DNA from: Eledone cirrhosa
Taxonomy: Eukaryota
Assembly (NCBI GenBank): GCA_964016885.1
Contig: OZ024743.1
Coordinates: 92,442,001-92,506,000 of the forward strand
Direction of reading: 5' to 3'
Length of the DNA: 64,000 nt
Position numbers and translations under genes: made by a program. Within the stretch, counting starts at the first letter, position 1; each line of letters starts with the position of its first letter. Shown here piece by piece: positions 22,879 through 36,791 of the stretch. The notes under the pieces were generated by a model. That model searched no databases, was not told where the DNA came from, and worked only from the letters and a program-made list of their open reading frames with translations.

Positions 22879-22998
22879 GTTTACGGCCATATCCCGCTGA
22901 AAACACCGGGTCTCGTCCGATCACCGAAGTTAAGCAACGTCGAGCCTAGTTAGTACTTGGATGGGTGACCGCTTGGGAACCCTAGGTGCCGTAAGCGT
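22879..22998 (+). rRNA. 5S rRNA: 5S rRNA copy 17 (U32G variant)
   Basis: 5S sequence with CACCGGGTCTC; G at 22910. Confidence 0.95.
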
Positions 22999-24257
22999 TT
23001 ATTTTTTTAAAAAGTTAATTTCTTTTCAGAGCTGTTTATTTTTTACTTGGGTGAGCGCTTAGGAAACCGAGCTGCTGTAAACATTTCCCTTTTTCTTTCT
23101 TTAGTTAGTTTGATTTGCAAGCTTTTCTCTCCAGTGTCTGTTAGTTTCAAAATAATTATGCACGCAAACTTTTTCCTTTCTTTCAACTCTACCCTTCGCA
23201 TACACACTACTGCAAACGTCTTATAGGCTACCGACTGCAAAAACAGAGTTTGTTGATAATTTCAGATATTTCGAACTTTTATTCCGTCCGCCTTCGGAAG
23301 TAGTGAGCCTGCTATATACGCTAGAAAATATTTATTGAACAAAGATTTGGCTGCTTTTTCTAGCATGTAAAATGAGGGTCCATTTATACCACTTTCCATC
23401 CTAATCAGAAACCATCATTTTAACACCGAGATTCAAAGAAAAGCTCCCATCACAACTGCTATCACTTTCGCATTTCCCTCTGAAAATATTAAGTCGAAAC
23501 GAAAGAAAGTATTGAGCCAACACTAAGTGTGTCTATCGGTCACATAACGGGTTCCGGAGCCTACCTCTAATAGCTTTTGACACTAGAAAACACACTGGCA
23601 ACCTTACTGCGGATGATAGCGAGTCTAAGAAGCTGATACAACCAAGCACACTCGCAGTCAGCGTCTGATACCTCGGTAAGGCGAGTGACAACTATGACAA
23701 AAAGTTCGTTGTTAGTGGACCAGCTCCTGCAAACGTCTTAGAAGCTACAGGCTGGAAAAACAGAGTTTGTTGATAATTTCCGATGTTTCAAAGTTATATT
23801 CCGTCCGCTTTCGGAAGTAGTGAGCCTGCTATATACTCTAGAAAATATTTATTGAACAAAGATTTGGCTGCTTTTTCTAGCATGTAAAATGAGCACATTT
23901 CTTTAGAGCCGTTCGAATCGAAGATGATGGACATGTGTAATAATTAATTCGGAATGGGTATCGTAGCTAGTTATTTGGCCGAGTTATATAAACAAAAAGA
24001 GAACATAAGTTTTAAAGACAGCAATATCGACAACTATGCGATACTCTCGTAGTTAATAACGTGTGCTAATTTATAAATTAGATGAGATTTATGTAAAAGT
24101 TTATTAAGCAACCTAAATTGCTTGAAAATACTATGTTCTATGGTTGAAAGTATGAAAAATGTAAAACAGAAAATTAAAGTATAAAAATTACTGTAAAAGA
24201 AAGGTGTTTAGTGAGTTGTTTTATACAATAAAACTATTAAATTGAGTGTAAGCTTTC

Positions 24258-24377
24258 GTTTACGGCCATATCCCGCTGAAAACACCGGTTCTCGTCCGAT
24301 CACCGAAGTTAAGCAACGTCGAGCCTAGTTAGTACTTGGATGGGTGACCGCTTGGGAACCCTAGGTGCCGTAAGCGT
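24258..24377 (+). rRNA. 5S rRNA: 5S rRNA copy 18
   Basis: Array-consensus 5S sequence. Confidence 0.97.
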
Positions 24378-25637
24378 TTATTTTTTTAAAAAGTTAATTT
24401 CTTTTCAGAGCTATTTATTTTTTAGTTCGGTGGCCGCTTAGGAAACCGAGCTGCTGTAAACATTTCCCTTTTTCTTTCTTTAGTTAGTTTGATTTGCAAG
24501 CTTTTCTCTCCAGTGTCTGTTAGTTTCAAAATAATTATGCACGCAAACTTTTTCCTTTCTTTCAACTCTACCCTTCGCATACACACTACTGCAAACGTCT
24601 TATAGGCTACCGACTGCAAAAACAGAGTTTGTTGATAATTTCAGATATTTCGAACTTTTATTCCGTCCGCCTTCGGAAGTAGTGAGCCTGCTATATACGC
24701 TAGAAAATATTTATTGAACAAAGATTTGGCTGCTTTTTCTAGCATGTAAAATGAGGGTCCATTTATACCACTTTCCATCCTAATCAGAAACCATCATTTT
24801 AACACCGAGATTCAAAGAAAAGCTCCCATCACAACTGCTATCACTTTCGCATTTCCCTCTGAAAATATTAAGTCGAAACGAAAGAAAGTATTGAGCCAAC
24901 ACTAAGTGTGTCTATCGGTCACATAACGGGTTCCGGAGCCTACCTCTAATAGCTTTTGACACTAGAAAACACACTGGCAACCTTACTGCGGATGATAGCG
25001 AGTCTAAGAAGCTGATACAACCAAGCAGACTCGCAGTCAGCGTCTGATACCTCGGTAAGGCGAGTGGCCAACTATGACAAAAAGTTCGTTGTTAGTGGAC
25101 CAGCTCCTGCAAACGTCTTAGAAGCTACAGGCTGGAAAAACAGAGTTTGTTGATAATTTCCGATGTTTCAAAGTTATATTCCGTCCGCCTTCGGAAGTAG
25201 TGAGCCTGCTATATACTCTAGAAAATATTTATTGAACAAAGATTTGGCTGCTTTTTCTAGCATGTAAAATGAGCACATTTCTTTAGAGCCGTTCGAATCG
25301 AAGATGATGGACATGTGTAATAATTAATTCGGAATGGGTATCGTAGCTAGTTATTTGGCCGAGTTATATAAACAAAAAGAGAACATAAGTTTTAAAGACA
25401 GCAATATCGACAACTATGCGATACTCTCGTAGTTAATAACGTGTGCTAATTTAAAAGTTAGATGAGATTTATGCAAAAGTTTATTAAGCAACCTAAATTG
25501 CTTGAAAATACTATGTTCTATGGTTGAAAGTATGAAAAATGTAAAATAGATAATTAAAGTATAAAAATTACTGTAAAAGAAAGGTGTTTAGTGAGTTGTT
25601 TTATACAATAAAACTATTAAATTGAGTGTAAGCTTTC

Positions 25638-25757
25638 GTTTACGGCCATATCCCGCTGAAAACACCGGTTCTCGTCCGATCACCGAAGTTAAGCAACGTC
25701 GAGCCTAGTTAGTACTTGGATGGGTGACCGCTTGGGAACCCTAGGTGCCGTAAGCGT
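25638..25757 (+). rRNA. 5S rRNA: 5S rRNA copy 19
   Basis: Array-consensus 5S sequence. Confidence 0.97.
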
Positions 25758-27016
25758 TTATTTTTTTAAAAAGTTAATTTCTTTTCAGAGCTGTTTATTT
25801 TTTACTTGGGTGAGCGCTTAGGAAACCGAGCTGCTGTAAACATTTCCCTTTTTCTTTCTTTAGTTAGTTTGATTTGCAAGCTTTTCTCTCCAGTGTCTGT
25901 TAGTTTCAAAATAATTATGCACGCAAACTTTTTCCTTTCTTTCAACTCTACCCTTCGCATACACACTACTGCAAACGTCTTATAGGCTACCGACTGCAAA
26001 AACAGAGTTTGTTGATAATTTCAGATATTTCGAACTTTTATTCCGTCCGCCTTCGGAAGTAGTGAGCCTGCTATATACGCTAGAAAATATTTATTGAACA
26101 AAGATTTGGCTGCTTTTTCTAGCATGTAAAATGAGGGTCCATTTATACCACTTTCCATCCTAATCAGAAACCATCATTTTAACACCGAGATTCAAAGAAA
26201 AGCTCCCATCACAACTGCTATCACTTTCGCATTTCCCTCTGAAAATATTAAGTCGAAACGAAAGAAAGTATTGAGCCAACACTAAGTGTGTCTATCGGTC
26301 ACATAACGGGTTCCGGAGCCTACCTCTAATAGCTTTTGACACTAGAAAACACACTGGCAACCTTACTGCGGATGATAGCGAGTCTAAGAAGCTGATACAA
26401 CCAAGCACACTCGCAGTCAGCGTCTGATACCTCGGTAAGGCGAGTGACAACTATGACAAAAAGTTCGTTGTTAGTGGACCAGCTCCTGCAAACGTCTTAG
26501 AAGCTACAGGCTGGAAAAACAGAGTTTGTTGATAATTTCCGATGTTTCAAAGTTATATTCCGTCCGCTTTCGGAAGTAGTGAGCCTGCTATATACTCTAG
26601 AAAATATTTATTGAACAAAGATTTGGCTGCTTTTTCTAGCATGTAAAATGAGCACATTTCTTTAGAGCCGTTCGAATCGAAGATGATGGACATGTGTAAT
26701 AATTAATTCGGAATGGGTATCGTAGCTAGTTATTTGGCCGAGTTATATAAACAAAAAGAGAACATAAGTTTTAAAGACAGCAATATCGACAACTATGCGA
26801 TACTCTCGTAGTTAATAACGTGTGCTAATTTATAAATTAGATGAGATTTATGTAAAAGTTTATTAAGCAACCTAAATTGCTTGAAAATACTATGTTCTAT
26901 GGTTGAAAGTATGAAAAATGTAAAACAGAAAATTAAAGTATAAAAATTACTGTAAAAGAAAGGTGTTTAGTGAGTTGTTTTATACAATAAAACTATTAAA
27001 TTGAGTGTAAGATATC

Positions 27017-27136
27017 GTTTACGGCCATATCCCGCTGAAAACACCGGTTCTCGTCCGATCACCGAAGTTAAGCAACGTCGAGCCTAGTTAGTACTTGGAT
27101 GGGTGACCGCTTGGGAACCCTAGGTGCCGTAAGCGT
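27017..27136 (+). rRNA. 5S rRNA: 5S rRNA copy 20
   Basis: Array-consensus 5S sequence. Confidence 0.97.
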
Positions 27137-28395
27137 TTATTTTTTTAAAAAGTTAATTTCTTTTCAGAGCTGTTTATTTTTTACTTGGGTGAGCGCTTAG
27201 GAAACCGAGCTGCTGTAAACATTTCCCTTTTTCTTTCTTTAGTTAGTTTGATTTGCAAGCTTTTCTCTCCAGTGTCTGTTAGTTTCAAAATAATTATGCA
27301 CGCAAACTTTTTCCTTTCTTTCAACTCTACCCTTCGCATACACACTACTGCAAACGTCTTATAGGCTACCGACTGCAAAAACAGAGTTTGTTGATAATTT
27401 CAGATATTTCGAACTTTTATTCCGTCCGCCTTCGGAAGTAGTGAGCCTGCTATATACGCTAGAAAATATTTATTGAACAAAGATTTGGCTGCTTTTTCTA
27501 GCATGTAAAATGAGGGTCCATTTATACCACTTTCCATCCTAATCAGAAACCATCATTTTAACACCGAGATTCAAAGAAAAGCTCCCATCACAACTGCTAT
27601 CACTTTCGCATTTCCCTCTGAAAATATTAAGTCGAAACGAAAGAAAGTATTGAGCCAACACTAAGTGTGTCTATCGGTCACATAACGGGTTCCGGAGCCT
27701 ACCTCTAATAGCTTTTGACACTAGAAAACACACTGGCAACCTTACTGCGGATGATAGCGAGTCTAAGAAGCTGATACAACCAAGCACACTCGCAGTCAGC
27801 GTCTGATACCTCGGTAAGGCGAGTGACAACTATGACAAAAAGTTCGTTGTTAGTGGACCAGCTCCTGCAAACGTCTTAGAAGCTACAGGCTGGAAAAACA
27901 GAGTTTGTTGATAATTTCCGATGTTTCAAAGTTATATTCCGTCCGCTTTCGGAAGTAGTGAGCCTGCTATATACTCTAGAAAATATTTATTGAACAAAGA
28001 TTTGGCTGCTTTTACTAGCATGTAAAATGAGCACATTTCTTTAGAGCCGTTCGAATCGAAGATGATGGACATGTGTAATAATTAATTCGGAATGGGTATC
28101 GTAGCTAGTTATTTGGCCGAGTTATATAAACAAAAAGAGAACATAAGTTTTAAAGACAGCAATATCGACAACTATGCGATACTCTCGTAGTTAATAACGT
28201 GTGCTAATTTATAAATTAGATGAGATTTATGTAAAAGTTTATTAAGCAACCTAAATTGCTTGAAAATACTATGTTCTATGGTTGAAAGTATGAAAAATGT
28301 AAAACAGAAAATTAAAGTATAAAAATTACTGTAAAAGAAAGGTGTTTAGTGAGTTGTTTTATACAATAAAACTATTAAATTGAGTGTAAGATATC

Positions 28396-28515
28396 GTTTA
28401 CGGCCATATCCCGCTGAAAACACCGGTTCTCGTCCGATCACCGAAGTTAAGCAACGTCGAGCCTAGTTAGTACTTGGATGGGTGACCGCTTGGGAACCCT
28501 AGGTGCCGTAAGCGT
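28396..28515 (+). rRNA. 5S rRNA: 5S rRNA copy 21
   Basis: Array-consensus 5S sequence. Confidence 0.97.
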
Positions 28516-29775
28516 TTATTTTTTTAAAAAGTTAATTTCTTTTCAGAGCTATTTATTTTTTAGTTCGGTGGCCGCTTAGGAAACCGAGCTGCTGTAAACA
28601 TTTCCCTTTTTCTTTCTTTAGTTAGTTTGATTTGCAAGCTTTTCTCTCCAGTGTCTGTTAGTTTCAAAATAATTATGCACGCAAACTTTTTCCTTTCTTT
28701 CAACTCTACCCTTCGCATACACACTACTGCAAACGTCTTATAGGCTACCGACTGCAAAAACAGAGTTTGTTGATAATTTCAGATATTTCAAACTTTTATT
28801 CCGTCTGCCTTCGGAAGTAGTGAGCCTGCTATATACGCTAGAAAATATTTATTGAACAAAGATTTGGCTGCTTTTTCTAGCATGTAAAATGAGGGTCCAT
28901 TTATACCACTTTCCATCCTAATAAGAAACCATCATTTTAACACCGAGATTCAAAGAAAAGCTCCCATCACAACTGCTATCACTTTCGCATTTCCCTCTGA
29001 AAATATTAAATCGAAACGAAAGAAAGTATTGAGCCAACACTAAGTGTGTCGATCGGTCACATAACGGGTTCCGGAGCCTACCTGTAATAGCTTTTGATAC
29101 TAGAAAACACACTGGCAACCTTACTGCGGATGATAGCGAGTCTAAGAAGCTGATACAACCAAGCACACTCGCAGTCAGCGTCTGATACCTCGGTAAGGCG
29201 AGTGGCCAACTATGACAAGAAGTTCGTTGTTAGTGGACCAGCTCCTGCAAACGTCTTAGAAGCTACAGGCTGGAAAAACATAGTTTGTTGATAATTTCCG
29301 ATGTTTCAAAGTTATATTCCGTCCGCCTTCGGAAGTAGTGAGCCTGCTATATACTCTAGAAAATATTTATTGAACAAAGATTTGGCTGCTTTTTCTAGCA
29401 TGTAAAATGAGCACATTTCTTTAGAGCCGTTCGAATCGAAGATGATGGACATGTGTAATAATTAATTCGGAATGGGTATCGTAGCTAGTTATTTGGCCGA
29501 GTTATATAAACAAAAAGAGAACATAAGTTTTAAAGACAGCAATATCGACAACTATGCGATACTCTCGTAGTTAATAACGTGTGCTAATTTATAAGTTAGA
29601 TGAGATTTATGTAAAAGTTTATTAAGCAACCTAAATTGCTTGAAAATACTATGTTCTATGGTTGAAAGTATGAAAAATGTAAAACAGAAAATTAAAGTAT
29701 AAAAATTACTGTAAAAGAAAGGTGTTTAGTGAGTGGTTTTATACAATAAAACTATTAAATTGAGTGTAATCTTTC

Positions 29776-29895
29776 GTTTACGGCCATTTCCCGCTGAAAA
29801 CACCGGTTCTCGTCCGATCACCGAAGTTAAGCAACGTCGAGCCTAGTTAGTACTTGGATGGGTGACCGCTTGGGAACCCTAGGTGCCGTAAGCGT
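29776..29895 (+). rRNA. 5S rRNA: 5S rRNA copy 22 (A13U variant)
   Basis: 5S sequence with GGCCATTTCC. Confidence 0.97.
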
Positions 29896-31154
29896 TTATT
29901 TTTTTAAAAAGTTAATTTCTTTTCAGAGCTATTTATTTTTTAGTTCGGTGGCCGCTTAGGAAACCGAGCTGCTGTAAACATTTCCCTTTTTCTTTCTTTA
30001 GTTAGTTTGATTTGCAAGCTTTTCTCTCCAGTGTCTGTTAGTTTCAAAATAATTATGCACGCAAACTTTTTCCTTTCTTTCAACTCTACCCTTCGCATAC
30101 ACACTACTGCAAACGTCTTATAGGCTACCGACTGCAAAAACAGAGTTTGTTGATAATTTCAGATATTTCGAACTTTTATTCCGTCCGCCTTCGGAAGTAG
30201 TGAGCCTGCTATATACGCTAGAAAATATTTATTGAACAAAGATTTGGCTGCTTTTTCTAGCATGTAAAATGAGGGTCCATTTATACCACTTTCCATCCTA
30301 ATCAGAAACCATCATTTTAACACCGAGATTCAAAGAAAAGCTCCCATCACAACTGCTATCACTTTCGCATTTCCCTCTGAAAATATTAAGTCGAAACGAA
30401 AGAAAGTATTGAGCCAACACTAAGTGTGTCTATCGGTCACATAACGGGTTCCGGAGCCTACCTCTAATAGCTTTTGACACTAGAAAACACACTGGCAACC
30501 TTACTGCGGATGATAGCGAGTCTAAGAAGCTGATACAACCAAGCACACTCGCAGTCAGCGTCTGATACCTCGGTAAGGCGAGTGACAACTATGACAAAAA
30601 GTTCGTTGTTAGTGGACCAGCTCCTGCAAACGTCTTAGAAGCTACAGGCTGGAAAAACAGAGTTTGTTGATAATTTCCGATGTTTCAAAGTTATATTCCG
30701 TCCGCCTTCGGAAGTAGTGAGCCTGCTATATACTCTAGAAAATATTTATTGAACAAAGATTTGGCTGCTTTTTCTAGCATGTAAAATGAGCACATTTCTT
30801 TAGAGCCGTTCGAATCGAAGATGATGGACATGTGTAATAATTAATTCGGAATGGGTATCGTAGCTAGTTATTTGGCCGAGTTATATAAACAAAAAGAGAA
30901 CATAAGTTTTAAAGACAGCAATATCGACAACTATGCGATACTCTCGTAGTTAATAACGTGTGCTAATTTATAAATTAGATGAGATTTATGTAAAAGTTTA
31001 TTAAGCAACCTAAATTGCTTGAAAATACTATGTTCTATGGTTGAAAGTATGAAAAATGTAAAACAGAAAATTAAAGTATAAAAATTACTGTAAAAGAAAG
31101 GTGTTTAGTGAGTTGTTTTATGCAATAAAACTATTAAATTGAGTGTAAGATTTC

Positions 31155-31274
31155 GTTTACGGCCATATCCCGCTGAAAACACCGGTTCTCGTCCGATCAC
31201 CGAAGTTAAGCAACGTCGAGCCTAGTTAGTACTTGGATGGGTGACCGCTTGGGAACCCTAGGTGCCGTAAGCGT
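31155..31274 (+). rRNA. 5S rRNA: 5S rRNA copy 23
   Basis: Array-consensus 5S sequence. Confidence 0.97.
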
Positions 31275-32532
31275 TTATTTTTTTAAAAAATTAATTTCTT
31301 TTCAGAGCTGTTTATTTTTTACTTGGGTGAGCGCTTAGGAAACCGAGCTGCTGTAAACATTTCCCTTTTTCTTTCTTTAGTTAGTTTGATTTGCAAGCTT
31401 TTCTCTCCAGTGTCTGTTAGTTTCAAAATAATTATGCACGCAAACTTTTTCCTTTCTTTCAACTCTACCCTTCGCATACACACTACTGCAAACGTCTTAT
31501 AGGCTACCGACTGCAAAAACAGAGTTTGTTGATAATTTCAGATATTTCGAACTTTTATTCCGTCCGCCTTCGGAAGTAGTGAGCCTGCTATATACGCTAG
31601 AAAATATTTATTGAACAAAGATTTGGCTGCTTTTTCTAGCATGTAAAATGAGGGTCCATTTATACCACTTTCCATCCTAATCAGAAACCATCATTTTAAC
31701 ACCGAGATTCAAAGAAAAGCTCCCATCACAACTGCTATCACTTTCGCATTTCCCTCTGAAAATATTAAGTCGAAACGAAAGAAAGTATTGAGCCAACACT
31801 AAGTGTGTCTATCGGTCACATAACGGGTTCCGGAGCCTACCTCTAATAGCTTTTGACACTAGAAAACACACTGGCAACCTTACTGCGGATGATAGCGAGT
31901 CTAAGAAGCTGATACAACCAAGCAACTCGCAGTCAGCGTCTGATACCTCGGTAAGGCGAGTGACAACTATGACAAAAAGTTCGTTGTTAGTGGACCAGCT
32001 CCTGCAAACGTCTTAGAAGCTACAGGCTGGAAAAACAGAGTTTGTTGATAATTTCCGATGTTTCAAAGTTATATTCCGTCCGCCTTCGGAAGTAGTGAGC
32101 CTGCTATATACTCTAGAAAATATTTATTGAACAAAGATTTGGCTGCTTTTTCTAGCATGTAAAATGAGCACATTTCTTTAGAGCCGTTCGAATCGAAGAT
32201 GATGGACATGTGTAATAATTAATTCGGAATGGGTATCGTAGCTAGTTATTTGGCCGAGTTATATAAACAAAAAGAGAACATAAGTTTTAAAGACAGCAAT
32301 ATCGACAACTATGCGATACTCTCGTAGTTAATAACGTGTGCTAATTTATAAATTAGATGAGATTTATGTAAAAGTTTATTAAGCAACCTAAATTGCTTGA
32401 AAATACTATGTTCTATGGTTGAAAGTATGAAAAATGTAAAACAGAAAATTAAAGTATAAAAATTACTGTAAAAGAAAGGTGTTTAGTGAGTTGTTTTATA
32501 CAATAAAACTATTAAATTGAGTGTAAGCTTTC

Positions 32533-32652
32533 GTTTACGGCCATATCCCGCTGAAAACACCGGTTCTCGTCCGATCACCGAAGTTAAGCAACGTCGAGCC
32601 TAGTTAGTACTTGGATGGGTGACCGCTTGGGAACCCTAGGTGCCGTAAGCGT
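32533..32652 (+). rRNA. 5S rRNA: 5S rRNA copy 24
   Basis: Array-consensus 5S sequence. Confidence 0.97.
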
Positions 32653-33912
32653 TTATTTTTTTAAAAAGTTAATTTCTTTTCAGAGCTGTTTATTTTTTAC
32701 TTGGGTGAGCGCTTAGGAAACCGAGCTGCTGTAAACATTTCCCTTTTTCTTTCTTTAGTTAGTTTGATTTGCAAGCTTTTCTCTCCAGTGTCTGTTAGTT
32801 TCAAAATAATTATGCACGCAAACTTTTTCCTTTCTTTCAACTCTACCCTTCGCATACACACTACTGCAAACGTCTTATAGGCTACCGACTGCAAAAACAG
32901 AGTTTGTTGATAATTTCAGATATTTCAAACTTTTATTCCGTCTGCCTTCGGAAGTAGTGAGCCTGCTATATACGCTAGAAAATATTTATTGAACAAAGAT
33001 TTGGCTGCTTTTTCTAGCATGTAAAATGAGGGTCCATTTATACCACTTTCCATCCTAATAAGAAACCATCATTTTAACACCGAGATTCAAAGAAAAGCTC
33101 CCATCACAACTGCTATCACTTTCGCATTTCCCTCTGAAAATATTAAATCGAAACGAAAGAAAGTATTGAGCCAACACTAAGTGTGTCGATCGGTCACATA
33201 ACGGGTTCCGGAGCCTACCTGTAATAGCTTTTGATACTAGAAAACACACTGGCAACCTTACTGCGGATGATAGCGAGTCTAAGAAGCTGATACAACCAAG
33301 CACACTCGCAGTCAGCGTCTGATACCTCGGTAAGGCGAGTGGCCAACTATGACAAGAAGTTCGTTGTTAGTGGACCAGCTCCTGCAAACGTCTTAGAAGC
33401 TACAGGCTGGAAAAACATAGTTTGTTGATAATTTCCGATGTTTCAAAGTTATATTCCGTCCGCCTTCGGAAGTAGTGAGCCTGCTATATACTCTAGAAAA
33501 TATTTATTGAACAAAGATTTGGCTGCTTTTTCTAGCATGTAAAATGAGCACATTTCTTTAGAGCCGTTCGAATCGAAGATGATGGACATGTGTAATAATT
33601 AATTCGGAATGGGTATCGTAGCTAGTTATTTGGCCGAGTTATATAAACAAAAAGAGAACATAAGTTTTAAAGACAGCAATATCGACAACTATGCGATACT
33701 CTCGTAGTTAATAACGTGTGCTAATTTAAAAGTTAGATGAGATTTATGCAAAAGTTTATTAAGCAACCTAAATTGCTTGAAAATACTATGTTCTATGGTT
33801 GAAAGTATGAAAAATGTAAAATAGAAAATTAAAGTATAAAAATTACTGTAAAAGAAAGGTGTTTAGTGAGTTGTTTTATACAATAAAACTATTAAATTGA
33901 GTGTAAGCTTTC

Positions 33913-34032
33913 GTTTACGGCCATATCCCGCTGAAAACACCGGTTCTCGTCCGATCACCGAAGTTAAGCAACGTCGAGCCTAGTTAGTACTTGGATGGGT
34001 GACCGCTTGGGAACCCTAGGTGCCGTAAGCGT
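33913..34032 (+). rRNA. 5S rRNA: 5S rRNA copy 25
   Basis: Array-consensus 5S sequence. Confidence 0.97.
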
Positions 34033-35291
34033 TTATTTTTTTAAAAAGTTAATTTCTTTTCAGAGCTGTTTATTTTTTACTTGGGTGAGCGCTTAGGAAA
34101 CCGAGCTGCTGTAAACATTTCCCTTTTTCTTTCTTTAGTTAGTTTGATTTGCAAGCTTTTCTCTCCAGTGTCTGTTAGTTTCAAAATAATTATGCACGCA
34201 AACTTTTTCCTTTCTTTCAACTCTACCCTTCGCATACACACTACTGCAAACGTCTTATAGGCTACCGACTGCAAAAACAGAGTTTGTTGATAATTTCAGA
34301 TATTTCGAACTTTTATTCCGTCCGCCTTCGGAAGTAGTGAGCCTGCTATATACGCTAGAAAATATTTATTGAACAAAGATTTGGCTGCTTTTTCTAGCAT
34401 GTAAAATGAGGGTCCATTTATACCACTTTCCATCCTAATCAGAAACCATCATTTTAACACCGAGATTCAAAGAAAAGCTCCCATCACAACTGCTATCACT
34501 TTCGCATTTCCCTCTGAAAATATTAAGTCGAAACGAAAGAAAGTATTGAGCCAACACTAAGTGTGTCTATCGGTCACATAACGGGTTCCGGAGCCTACCT
34601 CTAATAGCTTTTGACACTAGAAAACACACTGGCAACCTTACTGCGGATGATAGCGAGTCTAAGAAGCTGATACAACCAAGCACACTCGCAGTCAGCGTCT
34701 GATACCTCGGTAAGGCGAGTGACAACTATGACAAAAAGTTCGTTGTTAGTGGACCAGCTCCTGCAAACGTCTTAGAAGCTACAGGCTGGAAAAACAGAGT
34801 TTGTTGATAATTTCCGATGTTTCAAAGTTATATTCCGTCCGCTTTCGGAAGTAGTGAGCCTGCTATATACTCTAGAAAATATTTATTGAACAAAGATTTG
34901 GCTGCTTTTTCTAGCATGTAAAATGAGCACATTTCTTTAGAGCCGTTCGAATCGAAGATGATGGACATGTGTAATAATTAATTCGGAATGGGTATCGTAG
35001 CTAGTTATTTGGCCGAGTTATATAAACAAAAAGAGAACATAAGTTTTAAAGACAGCAATATCGACAACTATGCGATACTCTCGTAGTTAATAACGTGTGC
35101 TAATTTATAAATTAGATGAGATTTATGTAAAAGTTTATTAAGCAACCTAAATTGCTTGAAAATACTATGTTCTATGGTTGAAAGTATGAAAAATGTAAAA
35201 CAGAAAATTAAAGTATAAAAATTACTGTAAAAGAAAGGTGTTTAGTGAGTTGTTTTATACAATAAAACTATTAAATTGAGTGTAAGATATC

Positions 35292-35411
35292 GTTTACGGC
35301 CATATCCCGCTGAAAACACCGGTTCTCGTCCGATCACCGAAGTTAAGCAACGTCGAGCCTAGTTAGTACTTGGATGGGTGACCGCTTGGGAACCCTAGGT
35401 GCCGTAAGCGT
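35292..35411 (+). rRNA. 5S rRNA: 5S rRNA copy 26
   Basis: Array-consensus 5S sequence. Confidence 0.97.
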
Positions 35412-36671
35412 TTATTTTTTTAAAAAGTTAATTTCTTTTCAGAGCTATTTATTTTTTAGTTCGGTGGCCGCTTAGGAAACCGAGCTGCTGTAAACATTTC
35501 CCTTTTTCTTTCTTTAGTTAGTTTGATTTGCAAGCTTTTCTCTCCAGTGTCTGTTAGTTTCAAAATAATTATGCACGCAAACTTTTTCCTTTCTTTCAAC
35601 TCTACCCTTCGCATACACACTACTGCAAACGTCTTATAGGCTACCGACTGCAAAAACAGAGTTTGTTGATAATTTCAGATATTTCAAACTTTTATTCCGT
35701 CTGCCTTCGGAAGTAGTGAGCCTGCTATATACGCTAGAAAATATTTATTGAACAAAGATTTGGCTGCTTTTTCTAGCATGTAAAATGAGGGTCCATTTAT
35801 ACCACTTTCCATCCTAATAAGAAACCATCATTTTAACACCGAGATTCAAAGAAAAGCTCCCATCACAACTGCTATCACTTTCGCATTTCCCTCTGAAAAT
35901 ATTAAATCGAAACGAAAGAAAGTATTGAGCCAACACTAAGTGTGTCGATCGGTCACATAACGGGTTCCGGAGCCTACCTGTAATAGCTTTTGATACTAGA
36001 AAACACACTGGCAACCTTACTGCGGATGATAGCGAGTCTAAGAAGCTGATACAACCAAGCACACTCGCAGTCAGCGTCTGATACCTCGGTAAGGCGAGTG
36101 GCCAACTATGACAAGAAGTTCGTTGTTAGTGGACCAGCTCCTGCAAACGTCTTAGAAGCTACAGGCTGGAAAAACATAGTTTGTTGATAATTTCCGATGT
36201 TTCAAAGTTATATTCCGTCCGCCTTCGGAAGTAGTGAGCCTGCTATATACTCTAGAAAATATTTATTGAACAAAGATTTGGCTGCTTTTTCTAGCATGTA
36301 AAATGAGCACATTTCTTTAGAGCCGTTCGAATCGAAGATGATGGACATGTGTAATAATTAATTCGGAATGGGTATCGTAGCTAGTTATTTGGCCGAGTTA
36401 TATAAACAAAAAGAGAACATAAGTTTTAAAGACAGCAATATCGACAACTATGCGATACTCTCGTAGTTAATAACGTGTGCTAATTTATAAGTTAGATGAG
36501 ATTTATGTAAAAGTTTATTAAGCAACCTAAATTGCTTGAAAATACTATGTTCTCTGGTTGAAAGTATGAAAAATGTAAAACAGAAAATTAAAGTATAAAA
36601 ATTACTGTAAAAGAAAGGTGTTTAGTGAGTTGTTTTATACAATAAAACTATTAAATTGAGTGTAAGCTTTC

Positions 36672-36791
36672 GTTTACGGCCATATCCCGCTGAAAACACC
36701 GGTTCTCGTCCGATCACCGAAGTTAAGCAACGTCGAGCCTAGTTAGTACTTGGATGGGTGACCGCTTGGGAACCCTAGGTGCCGTAAGCGT
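36672..36791 (+). rRNA. 5S rRNA: 5S rRNA copy 27
   Basis: Array-consensus 5S sequence. Confidence 0.97.
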
